A stretch of 49,059 nt of DNA from Hydrurus foetidus (taxonomy: Eukaryota). Below are positions 34,843 through 47,853 of the stretch, piece after piece. Made by a program: the position numbers and the translations under genes. The stretch is taken from NCBI GenBank assembly GCA_900617105.1, contig UYFQ01000601.1, positions 1-49,059 of the forward strand, in the 5' to 3' direction. The notes under the pieces were generated by a model. The model made no database searches and was not told the DNA's origin. It saw nothing but the letters and a program-made list of their open reading frames with translations. The stretch's first letter is position 1, and each line of letters starts with the position of its first letter.

Positions 34843-36304
34843 GTTAACATAAGAGAGGGCGCATCGAGGGCCACTGATGTTATGAGTTGGACAGGACATG
34901 TTGTACGGGAGGAAACAGATGGAGTCTTCGACAGAGGACTCTGAATCACTCTCATAGTTCCGCAAAGTGTATCGTTTGCGTATGTTCTGTGGGGCAGTAG
35001 ATGCTGCGAGGTCCCTGGCGAGAGATACTGTGCGGTAGTGTGACTCGGTGGGCTGAACAGGATCGGGTCCGACGAATAAGCTGTTGGGTGTAACATGAAA
35101 TGCGTCGGGTAGGACATGCTGTATTACGACTCGAATGGCTTGGATGAATGACTCGTTCGATCCAGTTCGTGTCATAAGACCGTCAACGTGTGCATCAACT
35201 TCCGTGAGCATGAGTATGCGAAGGGTGGGAATGTTGTGCCAGGAGTTGCCGGGTGCATTGGCATATCGGGCAAGCTGTGCTGCGACCCAGGAGGCACAGT
35301 CGTAGATGAGGACACTTTCAAATATGGCCATGTGGTCTGGACTGATCTGGTCGTCGAGGTACAGAACAGTGTGGACGAGGAAGTAAAAGAAAATGTTCCC
35401 GACTGTGGACTGATAGGTGGTGATGTCTTCAATCAAGGTTGGATTGAAGGTGCGATAGTGCCCTGGGTGGAGTCGGCGGCTCAGTGTTGGCGAGCAGCAG
35501 GTTGCGAGCAATCTTGTGGATGAGGTTCATATACCGAGAGTATCCGTCTCTGACATCAGCGCGGCAGTTGCTGAGGGTGGTTGGGGATACCCAGCCGAAA
35601 ATAGCGAGGTAGATATGGGGCGCCGGTGTAGGGGATCCAGGCAAGGCGGGACGGTTCACATAGATGATGAAGTCATTTGCTGAGAGGGGCTGCTGATGAA
35701 TGCGGTGGTGGACCACAGTGTAATACTGAAGGATGTACGTGGAGCATTGTCGGCAGATACCCTGGAAGACAGTGGAGGAGGTGACTTCGTCATTGGTGAG
35801 GAAGGCCCAGGTACGTGTGAAGGCATCGACTTCTTCTTGCATTGGTGTCCCATACGTTGGCGAAGAGATGTTCTGATGGCGCGGCGTGTCCCATGCTGTA
35901 GCATTCTCTGGGGCGACAGGAGTCGGGGGTGTACCCAGGACTACTGGGGTAGATGCTGGTTGAGTATGTTCGAGACGTACGTACGGTCGGAGCATTAAGG
36001 GAGAGGCGACATTAGAAGATGGACGAGTTGGAGATCGCAGTGGTGAGTGTCCTGTTGGAGAGAGTCCTGGCGGAAGTGCTAACTCGAGAGGAGGATTAGA
36101 CGGTGTATCCGGAGGAGGTGCTGGGTCAGTGTCGGTGACTCGGAACATATTGATGGAGAATCGCACATACCCGGAGGGTTCGGCGTTATCCAAAAGCGTG
36201 TTGTTCTGCCATCCGTCGTCAGGGTTGATGTTGGGTCCGTTGGTAAGAAGCTTCATGGGGATGTTGCTCTTGAGGTAAGGGACGCGGCCATCGATACTCG
36301 TCAC
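34843..36304 (-). pseudogene. Copia A ORF2 region of unknown function between gag and protease (ORFs 35429-36304 and 34819-35511)
   Basis: Long open frames on the element strand that continue in frame across the MULE TSD into 31364-31699. Confidence 0.6.
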
Positions 36305-37650
36305 TGGGAAGGTCTGCTTGGGGGATACTTGCCCTTGGCTTTGGTCCGGTTCTTGTCCGTGACTGGAGCGGATCCAGGTGGGGCAGGAGGATGTGTTTTG
36401 CCAGAGGGAGGTGTCGCTGCCGGTGGCTTAGCAGGAGCATGATAGTACTTGCACTTGTTACCGAGAAGGCAGGTACCAGCGAGGAACTTGCGGCAGGCTT
36501 CAGGGGTAGTGGACAAGGCAGCTATCTTGACCGGCTTGTCTTGTAGGAGGGCATACTCAGAATAGACAACAGCTCTCTCCAAAGTTTGGCGATAGGTGAG
36601 CATGTTGCTATGGCAGGACATAAAGTAGGATTTGGTGTTGGGGCGGTGGTCGTTCATAAAGGCGTTGTGAAGGAATTGAAGGCGCTCCTGCTCGGTGCTC
36701 GGTCTGTCCTGGGCGTACTCGAATTCTGTCATCAACGTTGTAAACTTTACTAAATCCATTTGAAAACAAGTAGCCGTAAAGCCCTTGAAGTTTTGTAGAA
36801 GCCGCCGGAGTCGGTTGATATCTGCTTTGGTATGTCCGTAGTAGTGCTTGTGCATACGTTTATGAATAGCGATCCCATCGCGAGAGGTAAAGGAATCGGC
36901 ACATAGATAGTGGGTAGACTCGCTGAAAGCGTTTGACATGACGTTGTATAAACGTTTCTTGTCATGGGCCCACCGTGTGACATCGTCGGCAGGGACATAG
37001 TTGAATGTTCCGTCAAGATTCTCCGACGTTGTAGGCTCCGAGTATCCTGATGGGTTGTGCCTCGTTGGGATTGGCTCGCGACGCGTGCCCATCGCCATTG
37101 GGTAGAGTCCAACGACGTGGAGCATGTTGTCGAGAGCTTTGAACCGCTTGTTAGATCCCACAGTCGTTGTGGAGATCTGGTTTTGCTTGATGCTATCCAT
37201 TTCGGAAGAGGTCGTCAGAACGAGATCGAGTTTTAGCCGTTTGAGCTCCAAAACGGATTCCAAAGCGGCATTATATGATAGCCCACTTGCTGAAACTTCT
37301 GCCGAAGTTTGGCGCAGTGGCATGGCTTCCTCTGCATGGGATCCTCGTCGAGGTCGGTTTGGTGTGGAGACATTTTGCCGATTTGCCGTCGAGCTGGTGA
37401 CCAAATTTTGAGTTTGGGCTCTTATGGCCTCGGCGACACGTTCATCGAACTCTGCGAGGGTCATGGAGAGCATGCGCGGCAGCTGGGCGCGGCTGGGAGT
37501 CTCTAGCCCAGTTGGGTCATGGTATTCCTCGTTGATTTGGTCTGTGTTGTCGGACGATCGTAGCATCATGGCCGACTTGAGATATCTGTTGTGATGAGAT
37601 ACCGTTGATATATTGATACTATATCGATGATTGCTGAACTTTCTATGCAA
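36301..37650 (-). CDS. Gag-like protein of Copia A with a CCCH zinc finger
   Basis: First ORF after the PBS. SRDGIAIHKRMHKHY resembles a Copia capsid motif. C-x7-C-x5-C-x3-H at 36439-36495. The true start is probably the downstream MMLRSS. Confidence 0.8.
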   Translation of the reverse strand: MHRKFSNHRYSINISTVSHHNRYLKSAMMLRSSDNTDQINEEYHDPTGLETPSRAQLPRMLSMTLAEFDERVAEAIRAQTQNLVTSSTANRQNVSTPNRPRRGSHAEEAMPLRQTSAEVSASGLSYNAALESVLELKRLKLDLVLTTSSEMDSIKQNQISTTTVGSNKRFKALDNMLHVVGLYPMAMGTRREPIPTRHNPSGYSEPTTSENLDGTFNYVPADDVTRWAHDKKRLYNVMSNAFSESTHYLCADSFTSRDGIAIHKRMHKHYYGHTKADINRLRRLLQNFKGFTATCFQMDLVKFTTLMTEFEYAQDRPSTEQERLQFLHNAFMNDHRPNTKSYFMSCHSNMLTYRQTLERAVVYSEYALLQDKPVKIAALSTTPEACRKFLAGTCLLGNKCKYYHAPAKPPAATPPSGKTHPPAPPGSAPVTDKNRTKAKGKYPPSRPSQ

Positions 37651-38609
37651 TCGCTACCATGTGAGTCAGACTGTGGAGTGAAGCGAGCTACCTGTTGGCT
37701 GCGGAAGCGCAAAGGAAAGACTGGCTGATGGAAGTGGTCTCGGAAGACGTGTTTACTTACAACGATCAAGTAGTAAAACAACTGGCGATGATATCAGAGA
37801 AGACAACCATCAAAGAAGCAAAGCAAAGCATCCATTGTGCATGAAATGGTGATCGCCGAAGTGGAAATATATTCAGCGAATATTCAAGTTGGCGATTGAG
37901 CAATGGGCGGAACCCTCGCTGCTCATGAAATCGGATGCTTGGTGGAAACCGGATACCTGGTGGAAAGCCGGATGCTTGGTGGTGAAAAACCGGATGCTTG
38001 GTGATGGCCCCGAAGGGGGATATCGCTAGAAGAACGATGAGCGTATGTACACAACAGTGTATGGCGGTGTTTTGGGTGAGGAAGCGCTACACTACTTGTG
38101 ACATGTGAATGCTAATCTACAGATGAAACTATGCTAACAGATCATGCATGAATATGCTGGACTGACACCTTTATCCAAAGATCGTAACGTTCAACATGCG
38201 CGCTTTCCTGTCGATCGCTGGACTAAGATAGTGGGAAACGTGCTGTTGAAAGCGATGTCTTAATTACGTGGATAAAGAAGTATGCCATGGTAGCCTAACC
38301 GATAACTGCAACCATGCGCAATTCTTCTCAATTCAATTGCCAGGCAAATCATAAAACGTGGACTTGAACATTTCTAATCTACAAAGTATCGAACGCGTTA
38401 ATTCAAAACAAGGGTTCGGAATACGTACTTCAACGGCAAAACGGGCCGACCCGACATCGAGCCGCTGACGATATTCCCTTGCCACTATACCAGCAAGCCA
38501 AACTTGCTTACCGTTCTGCTAAAAATAGTTGAATACATAAAATGACAAATTCCGATCAACATTTGCTGGAATACTGGCCCATCCGGTACTATTTCAACCG
38601 ATCTCTACG

Positions 38610-38972
38610 TTATATCCCATTGAATTCGACATTGAATTTATGCGGAGCCGACCGCACTGGAGGCACGTAATTATCTCCAAGAGCAACTCTCTTCTGTAGC
38701 GCTGCAACCTTGTAACCACCAACAGGAATGATAGAACGAATCTCGATTTGGCTCATCCCCATAGCGATCATGCTTATCAGAAAGCCTTTGGTTTCCTCAG
38801 AGTTAGAGTCGAGAGACTGTAGGATCTGCCAGTTTTCCTTGAGGCCGTTGATAGTTTCCTCACCATACTTTTCAATTGCTTGTGCTGCAGCCGAAGCCGT
38901 CTTCTCTTTCGCAGTCTTCCTTGGTTTTCGCTGCCGTTTGGGCTTCAACACTGCAGAACCTCCAGTAGACAT
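38610..38972 (-). CDS. 120-aa basic/HTH-like ORF, probably a truncated transposase fragment
   Basis: Counterpart of 3107-3455. Open in this copy. Confidence 0.4.
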   Translation of the reverse strand: MSTGGSAVLKPKRQRKPRKTAKEKTASAAAQAIEKYGEETINGLKENWQILQSLDSNSEETKGFLISMIAMGMSQIEIRSIIPVGGYKVAALQKRVALGDNYVPPVRSAPHKFNVEFNGI

Positions 38973-40909
38973 GACAAGCAGAGGGGCTAAGTAACTGAAC
39001 TCTGAGTGATCATTTGAGTGAGAGTTGACGTTCTAAGCCCTCCTTTCGATCTCTCGAGATGAAATGTGACCGGGTTACCAGCAGGATTGAAATAAAATAA
39101 TTGGGGGATAAACCTTTATGGTGGTTCCACCTCTATTGGGGGATAAACCTTTATGGTGGTTCCACTTCTATATAAGAGATGACATATAATACGGAGCTAG
39201 AATTGCAGGGATATGACCGTATTCCTGCAGTCCCAGAATGGTTTTAGGGGGTCTCATTTTGAGGGGACTATCATTTTGGGGGGACTATCATTTTGGGGGT
39301 CACAGATCCGATGAAAGGGGGACTACTGCCATAATCAATGCTACGTCACATAAAATGTCCTGTACGCATGAACTGTTCATCTAAATGGGATGAATGCCAT
39401 ACCTTCAAATGACGTACCGTCGCCGTCCCTTTGTTTGCGGAGGGGTTGAGTGTATACCCGTGACATAGGACTCCTTTTTGTCCGAAGACAAGTATATTCT
39501 CTCTAATGCATACTTTACATTCAGAGCACAACTGCTCCAACAAATAAACTCCTCCTGAAATTCTGAGTAGAGGGTTTCGTCACTTTTGATCTCCTTCCTC
39601 TTGCTGCAAAAGGATTTGCTTGTCCGAGAGCTCTTTATATCCCTGGAAGTTTTGAAAGGAGTCCTCATCATTTTCTACACGGTAAGTTTGGAGCTCAACA
39701 TCTTTTCAGCAGTTGGCAACTGTGGCAATTTCAAGGCAGATTCATATTATATTTGTTACAAGAAATCGTAATTCGAAATGTGCCGCAGGCCACGAGGTCT
39801 GGTTGATTTTCAAATTGATATCTCATAATATTATCTTACGTTACAGTCATGGTCCGGATATTTGATTTTGATTGCCGAGCAACTGGACTATTCGCCTTGA
39901 ATAAAGGGATCAAGGTCAGGAGAGGCTCAACTTGCAGGCTGAAGCGGAATTTCAACAATCCGCATGGTAATTAGTCGTGGATCTCTTGGAGCTATTTTTG
40001 TAAACAAATTTTATTGAGAAAACTTTTCAACAGAGATAGTTCTAATTTTTGATTGCTGATTGATGGTGGCTTATCAACGTTCATTGTAAGCGAGGCGAAT
40101 CGCTGCTCAAATTTTCTGTATATTTCTTACTTGCAGTATTTGAGATAAACTGTGGTGCATTATACTGCTGTATGAACCTCAATACTGTTGAGCATTGCTT
40201 TCCTTCCGCTCTTCTACACTGACTACTTTTGTACTTCTATTTATTCTCCCTAAATTCAATGCTCTGTGGCATTTCATTTGCCAATAACTTCCTTGCTCAT
40301 AAGATGTTAATTTATATTTGATTTATTTGTTGACCAATTATGTTGTAACTTCAGATGCGAACTGCATTCAAGTGCGAGCACCGGACAACATGGACGGCAG
40401 CAATAGTGGAAGCTACGAGCCTGGAGAGCATATTGGACACTTGGGAAGGGAGTGGGCAGCTAAGCTAGCTCCAATTATAGATTATCTTCTTGTATCAAAT
40501 ACACTTTACTCTGTTACATTCGAATGCTGTTTGTGTGACGGTGACACTTCACACGCCCGAAATGGTTACACGCTTAATATTGTTGTATCCAGTACCAATA
40601 AGGAAGAATTTAATCAAAATCTTTTATCACTCCTCCGTGAAAGTCATCTGCAGTGCTAATTCGCTTTCGTATTCTGCAGTACTATGTATTAACTGATAAT
40701 TGATTGAACATCCAAATTACAATGATTAAATTTCTATTATTTAGCGTATGTAATTAATTATTATTTTATGTCAACACAATTTTTTTGTATCGATTAATGT
40801 AGAATCACAAGTTTGCAATAAAATTCATTGCCTCTGTAATCTCATGATCATACTCTAACATTGCACTATCATATTCTAAAATAGCATTTAAGCCTGGTAT
40901 TACACCACT

Positions 40910-43444
40910 TCATTCATCAAGAACAACGTCATCATTATCAGTGCTGCCAGGAGCAGCATTTTCACTCAAGGTCTCGGATGTTCCCGTGGGTGTAATTTTC
41001 ATGGTGCCACATATGTTATGTTTTGAGTACTGTTTAAATACTGGTTGCGAAACATCGCTGTGATCAAGTGGGGCACATCCTGTGCTAACGAACGACCTTT
41101 TTACACCATCAACGAACTTCTTTTCTCTGAATCCTCCAGCAATTAGGTCGAATAGATCTTGGATCCCTTGTAGCATTTCGGGTTTGGGGGGTTGGAAAGT
41201 TGGCAACGTACGTACGTGTACATCTCTTTGTGATTCCTCTTTGTGCTGCTTGATGAAATCTTGGAAACTATCCACTATCCTAGCGCCTCTAAGATTTCTT
41301 GTGTGTGCTTTTAGTGGTCCGTTAACGACCAAATCTAACACTTGTAAAATGCCTGTCATATTGGGGGGTAGACATGCTATTTGTACCCCTAACTCACTGA
41401 TCACGTCATCAACTACTGCTGTTTTATGACAACCACAATTATCAAACCATATCAGCAACTTACCTAACTTCTCTTTTAATGGCTTTACTATAGTTTCTAA
41501 CCACATTATCATTCTAATTGAGTCGTTCCATGCTTTGTACTGGCTAGTTATGACATTACCTGTAACATTGTTGATGATATAGTAACATGCATGAATATTT
41601 GTAACACCTTTGATTGTCAACTCTTTTGTCCACTTGATTAGATTCCACCCATCATCAACACCGAATCCTTTGTTCTTGCTATGTAGATCTCTAATAACTC
41701 TCATTCCTGACTGATCTGGCCTATCTTCTGAGCTAACTGAGTGCTTAATTATGACGAATAAAGGTAAGAACTCACCATTACCACTTACCGCAACAACTGC
41801 TGTTATTCGCAGGAAGGTATTAGGGATTCCAATATTTTGGGCGCGTTGCTGATCAGGCGGACAATACATGTACTCGGGTCCTATCGCGTAAGTAAAAGCT
41901 GTTTCATCCATATTTATTGTTGTGTCTCTATTGTGTCCAAAGTCTTTGTACATTTTTTGACCAATGTTCATTATTCTTCTTACTTCCTCATCTGATGGCA
42001 CGTTTTTATCGTCAGTTGTTATTTTACGTCTCCGCATGTTAGCCCTAGTCAACAACTTTCTAACCCAATGTGAGCTGAACTCAAGCGCTTGTATTTTCTC
42101 ATCGCTAATCCATCTTTCACTTGCTTGCACTTTGATTGCAGCTTGCTTGATAATCGCATAAGTGTACGCGACGCTCACCAATATGCGTGAAACATTTGTG
42201 ATGACGCCGCCGACCTGTAGAGATGTACGCATGTACGTTACATAGATTAGGTTTTAGGTTGTGATAGTAGTTTGTATACCATATGATGATTCACAATACT
42301 ATCACCCAAGTAAATACCATAATATACTTGGCTAAATTTGATGCACTGTATTTGATGAACTTTTATACTATTAGATGCGACATACATTTTGTTGCTCAAT
42401 TTCACATATCATTAAACTACCCCAGATATCAGCCTCGAACTCACTGGAAATTTTCCTTCCCGATATTTGTTTGACAACATCCCTTTTCATTATCCATCTT
42501 ACTATTGTTTCTACTACTAGTTCAGAGTATCGTGCATACTTTATCAAAATTTCTTTGGTATGCGTAGCCGTTACAATATTGTTTGCTTTATAAGCTTCAC
42601 CCTCTAGGTCACTACGAGCTGTAACAACTGCATCAAATAGCGCTATAACTAATTGAACTTCATGCAGCTTAAACCTAATATTCTTGTTAGGGAACTTGCC
42701 CAAAACTTCGTACACTGCTGGATGGTTGAGAATCTGTGATTCAGTCACCGAGTTGTTGTCTTCCTCGTCGAAGATGTTGCGACACACTGCTTCTAAAGCA
42801 CCAGAGCTTCTGTATGCTGATTCTCTTGCTGCTGCATCAATGTACATAGTTGGTGATTCATTTGAGGCACAAATTTTTGTCGACACATAGTCGTAAACTT
42901 CCTTCCCATATCTTCCCATCTGCCTATCGCCTATGTCTTCACCTCTTTTTCGACGCTTATTTGATACATTTGCCTTTTCACTCTCGTGTAACTGACTCAG
43001 CCATAAAACACCATATATTTCACTTACTGAAACGTATTTTGAAGTGACTCTGAAAGTATTGTTGAGCAGTCTATTTGCTAAGTTACTGATCTGTGAAACT
43101 AAACAGTCACGTGTTTTCATTGAGTTTGAATTTTCAATCAAAAACACGATGTCCGCTCCCCTGCTTCTGGCTGCCAAGTCCAGTTTCATCACTCCTTTCA
43201 CGCTCATACTTATGATCGTGCAACCTAGTTGCTCAATTGTTTTCCTGAAGATGACCAGACCTTGATGCAGAGCCAATACATCGAATCGAAAATTGTGATC
43301 TCCGTCAAGATCGTTCGAATGCAGCTGGGCAGCCAGAGCATCAACCGACCACTGGTAGTTCAGAGGTAGACTAGGACGACAAATCAGCACAATAGCGACA
43401 GAATAAGCGCACAACTCGACGGCAAGAGATGTCATCTGCATCAA
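40910..43444 (-). CDS. pogo-like DD35D transposase, copy 2 (predicted intron 42215-42385; intact catalytic domain; stop about 35 codons earlier than copy 1)
   Basis: Continuous 440-aa ORF with NMDET, FDNCGCH and LQVLD (35 residues between D2 and D3). TGA at 40910 where copy 1 has TTA. Confidence 0.85.
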
Positions 43445-43836
43445 TTGGATGCAATAGTTAAAAAATTATATTTGAAAATACTGCGAAGATGCTGGCCTGC
43501 GGCACATTATCGATTCTCAAAGAGAAGGTACTAATGAAGTTATCTGACATAACAGAAGTTGGCTACAGCCCTTGGATATCTTATCATATACTCCTAAACA
43601 TTGTCATGTCAAATAATGATCGATATGACGTATTCAGAAAATTCTCGATCAATTTCTACCTATCCAATTTAATATCGCAGGACAGCAGAGATCCCTTTTG
43701 CACAGACTAGAAACACTGAACACTTTGCAACAAGGTGGTCAATTCGCTGATATCGACTTCTGACAATGACTGCAGTTCGATATTTGCAAATAACTGAAAA
43801 TTGGACAGAAAGGAGTCCTATGTCACCGGAAATCCG

Positions 43837-44533
43837 GTATTTTATAATATTGACCCTGAATGGCCTTTTGACCCTGAATGACCCTCGTTTTTTAATGACC
43901 CTCAATGGCCCTTTGGGGGGTCATTCAGGGTCAAAATAATAGAGGGTCATTCAGGGTCATAGGGTCATTCAGGATCATGAATTGGGTTGTCAGTCAGGGT
44001 CGGTTAGGGTTACAGCTTACAGCAAGTTGTTTTGGCTTGCCTGTTAGGGTTAGTGGCACTAACTTTGCGTTGGCTAGGGTTAGGGGTTGGGGGAAAGGGT
44101 CTAATTACCTGAAATCTAGTTGCGTTAGGGGTACAGCAAGTTGTTTTGGCTTGCCTGTTAGGGTTAGTGGCACTAACCTTGCGTTGGCTAGGTTTAGGGG
44201 TTAGGGCAAAGGGTCTAATTACCTGAAATCTAGTTGCGTTAGGGGTACAAGAGGGTCATTCAGGGTCATACATGGTCATTCAGGGTCACCCGAAAATTTC
44301 CAACGGCGTATCTTGGGGGGTCAGGGTCATTAGGGGTCAAAATAAAAGTGCCTTTTCCAGGGCCATTCAGGGTCAAAAAAATACGAGGGTCATTCAGGGT
44401 CGGGGGGTCATTCAGGGTCATCAATAACCGACAATGCCACTTAGAACCGTATAAGTATGACCCTGAATGACCCTGAGGACCCTGAGGGCCATTCAGGGTC
44501 CTTGGGTCATTCAGGGTCAAAATTATAGATTAT
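43837..44533. mobile_element. MULE/foldback-like MITE, copy 2
   Basis: TSD CGGAAATCCG at 43827-43836 and 44534-44543. Confidence 0.8.
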
Positions 44534-44899
44534 CGGAAATCCGCAAACAAAGGGACGGCGACGGTATCTAACTGACACATGACTGTATATACAGTATACA
44601 GTATACAGTTTACAGTTTAGTTTTATCCCCCACCTGGCACGTTGATACGCGCGCCCCCCCACAATTAATTAGGTCAAAACACGATATTGGCTGTGGTAAC
44701 CCGGGTTGCCGCCAATGGGTTCATTTGCTGGAATACTGGCCCATCCGGTACTATTTCAGCCGATCTCTACGTTATATCCCAACAGAGGGAGTGTTTCAAG
44801 CTTCAAGTCACTGTAACTATATTGTGGTTTCAGAATTAATCTGATGTAGAAACATGATCACGTCGGAAGAAACGTCAAAATAATATCATTGCGCAAGAT

Positions 44900-45559
44900 A
44901 TGTCGCAATTGATCACTCTCATTGAAATGAGGACGACACTTGAGCCATTTCTTGTTGCATTGGGGGTTCTAGGCGATAAAGTGTCGGATCTGGTCGAGAA
45001 AGTGACAAGTTTAGAGGAGAAAGTGACGAGAGTGGAGGAGAAAGTGACGAGAGTGGACGAGAAACTGACGAGAGTGGAGGAGAAAGTGACGAGAGTGGAG
45101 GAGAAAGTGGCGAGAGTGGAGGAGAAAGTGGCGAGAGTGGAGGAGAAACTGACGAGAGTGGAGGAGAAAGTGGGGAGAGTGGAGGAGAAACTGACAGGAC
45201 TGGCAGCGCGTCTTGTTATCTCCGACGCAAAGGCGAATAACTCCCAAATTGGGCGATCTGAAACTCTACTTCGGGTTCCTCTCAGTGACGGTAGCTACCC
45301 TACGATCTCTGGCATTCCCGTCGAGTATCCTACAACTATCTCCCACTTGCTCGTGGCTGGTAATGAAACGTTACCCGATGGCGGCCGAAACAACTGGAAC
45401 AGACATAAGAGCTTGGCGCTATTAGCAGCATTCGGTGACGCATCGGATGATGATACGGACAGGGAGGATGGACCAACGTCAAGGCGTTATCGTTTGAAGG
45501 TTGCCAAGTATCTCGGGGTCACTAAAACTCAGCTTAATTTCTCTCAGATGACACTGTAA
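44900..45559 (+). CDS. Heptad-repeat/Mug135-like protein, copy 2 (219 aa)
   Basis: Identical to 9364-10023 outside the repeat array. Confidence 0.7.
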   Translation: MSQLITLIEMRTTLEPFLVALGVLGDKVSDLVEKVTSLEEKVTRVEEKVTRVDEKLTRVEEKVTRVEEKVARVEEKVARVEEKLTRVEEKVGRVEEKLTGLAARLVISDAKANNSQIGRSETLLRVPLSDGSYPTISGIPVEYPTTISHLLVAGNETLPDGGRNNWNRHKSLALLAAFGDASDDDTDREDGPTSRRYRLKVAKYLGVTKTQLNFSQMTL

Positions 45560-46341
45560 ACTACTAACTCGATGCACCTATAAATATTGTGTCGTAAAGA
45601 AAATATCACCGTTTTTGAACGCAAGATAATTAAGTTGCCATGATGATTTTCATTTATGATTCTTTGAGTAACAAAAATGACTGCTTTTTATATTGATCCA
45701 ATCGCATTTTTTTAATTCGATTTTTTCATTGAAATACTGGGACAGAAGAGAGAATCGCAATCTTTATCTGAGAGGCATAAATAAGTTGGTCGAAGAAGTA
45801 TAACTTGAACTTGTTCGAGGGATTTGTGAGAACCGCGTATGAAAGCGTTCAAGTTGTTAAAATTATGAAGTTGAGAAGAAAATATAAAGGATACGGAAGA
45901 ATAAAGAAAGCATAATGAAGAATTTGAAATATGAGAAATATACAGTCAACGATATTATGAATAATCGAAAATAAGAAGAATTATTGAGATCAAAACTCAT
46001 TACTAATAACGAAAAATGTGAGAGCGCATATGCAGTCAATACTTTTGCAGTAATTTCACGGTATTATGTACAATGTCTAAGATCAAAAACCGTATAGCAG
46101 AACCTGGTATGTACCTCGTCAACAGTACTTCGAAAGGCGATGCCGCAACGTAATCTAACTGTTCCTACCCTACCCTCCCCTCTCTCTTTAGACTGATCCG
46201 CATCTCTTGGCACTGGTCGAGCGCAATGCCCTGCTGGCACAGTGTGTGGGTTGTAACGCAATCTAACCTACCCTACCCTCCCTACTAGTTAGACTGATCA
46301 GCATCTGCTGGAAGTGTTGGCTAAAAGCTTATGCATTATCT

Positions 46342-47668
46342 TCAAACCGTTTGATTCAAAATGTACGGAGGCACGGCAGATTTATTTCCGTAAAATGCGA
46401 CAGGTCGATTTATTTTCACGATTCCGTCTTTCAGTACAAGATCCAAAGCCCCGCCTGTTTTGTTGCGCATGTGGTGGATGTACTTTATCGCCCCGTCTTT
46501 GTTGAGAGAGGTGCTGGGAATGGACAGTGCGTACTCAACAGCTGACCCGTTATACACCACTTTTGTCACTGTGTTGGTGTAACTCGCCTGTTATCGCACA
46601 TGAAATCATTCGTATGAGATACTGTCAGGATGATGCAAAGAATTCATCAGGATACAAAATATTCACATTTTCTTACCTTGGAGTAGTAATAATTCAACGA
46701 GCTATTGCTCATATCTAATAGCACAGGGAGAGGAATAAACTTATGCTCATCATCCCAAGTAAACTCACAGTCGTAAAAAAATCCTGCATCTATGAATCCC
46801 TGTCTAAGATAGGATTCCAACTTTTGCTCCGCGAACGGTCTGATCCCATTAACTATCGCAGACGCTGTATTGTTCGTGTCTTTGTAGTACATGTCGGTAA
46901 GACGGGCCATTATTACGGTGCGGTAGCCTGCATTGATGTTCAGGTATAACATAACAGTGAGAAGAGGTAAAAGATTTAAAATGATGACGTCACATTACCT
47001 TTAGGATCGGTGTCTGGGTCAGTCCTGCCGAGACTCATCGTCACAGGGTTCAGCACTTTATACCACGGTACATTGTCAGTCACAATTGAGCTCAGTTCTG
47101 CAGCAAAACGGGACTTAGTACTATAGGCTATCCCGAGCCTTGTGCTTGCCCAGTATGTGTACCACTCCACAACAGGCTCCGTTGAATTAGGAAGCTTCGC
47201 TTTGATAAGAGCTGCACTTATCTTTCCATCAGCACTAATAAACACATCTGCCACTTCTCCTTTCTTTAACTGTTTGGCAAGATTGCCACTTGTATCGGAC
47301 ACAGTCTTCACACCAATGTTGTATTTTGAAGTATACCCAGGATTTATCCATAATGCCATGATGTTGTTTAATGAAGCTGCATGATAGACAGTGATGTTGC
47401 TGCTAACAGGAACTTTGGACGGTATGTAGTTGATTTTAGCTTTCACAGTCCTGCTGGCTAAGGCGAAATAGGTTGCAACAGCAACACCAACAGCTATTAC
47501 TATCGTTGTTATCGAGCACAGTAACAATAAATTGACTGGTGCTTTTCTCGGCTCCATGACAACGCCTTCGACAGCATTACTCTCATCATATAAAACATTA
47601 CCATATGCGATCGTGCCCTTCTCGTCAACGTTTGATGCGAGAGGGACATTCAATGCCGAAACGCTCAT
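46342..47668 (-). CDS. ModA/WtpA-type molybdate/tungstate-binding protein, copy 2. Exons 47668-46999, 46927-46677, 46587-46342.
   Basis: Same splice sites as copy 1. One visible amino-acid change (CEYTW to CEFTW). Confidence 0.88.
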
Positions 47669-47853
47669 CGTTCGTTATTTCAATAGCTCGATGATAGGTG
47701 ACGGAAGGAATGAAAAGTAATGAGACGACACTGAGCCTGTGACGGACCACTGCAGCAGGGCAGTAGGCATTTGACGCCTCAATGAAAATATCTGTTGAAG
47801 GTATGTATATTATATTGTCGATCTGAGCACCAAGAGGAAAGTGAAGTGGACAA

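Larger units (their letters stand above)
28531..38167 (-). mobile_element. Ty1/Copia element A, copy 2: 5' LTR 37660-38167, PBS, gag, long ORF2, PR, IN, RT. Interrupted by a MULE and truncated by the Gypsy LTR before RNase H.
   Basis: PBS at 37648-37659. VIFDSGAS protease, HVHQATGHPG..CPVCPGC, HANGIAER integrase, KKARLVGRG and IAHSDDF RT. Removing the MULE rejoins CALSYVN-YLHGAVTRL-MVPPSD in frame. Confidence 0.9.
39417..44564 (-). mobile_element. pogo-like DNA transposon, copy 2
   Basis: Same 25-bp TIRs and TA flanks as 3899-9028. Confidence 0.93.
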
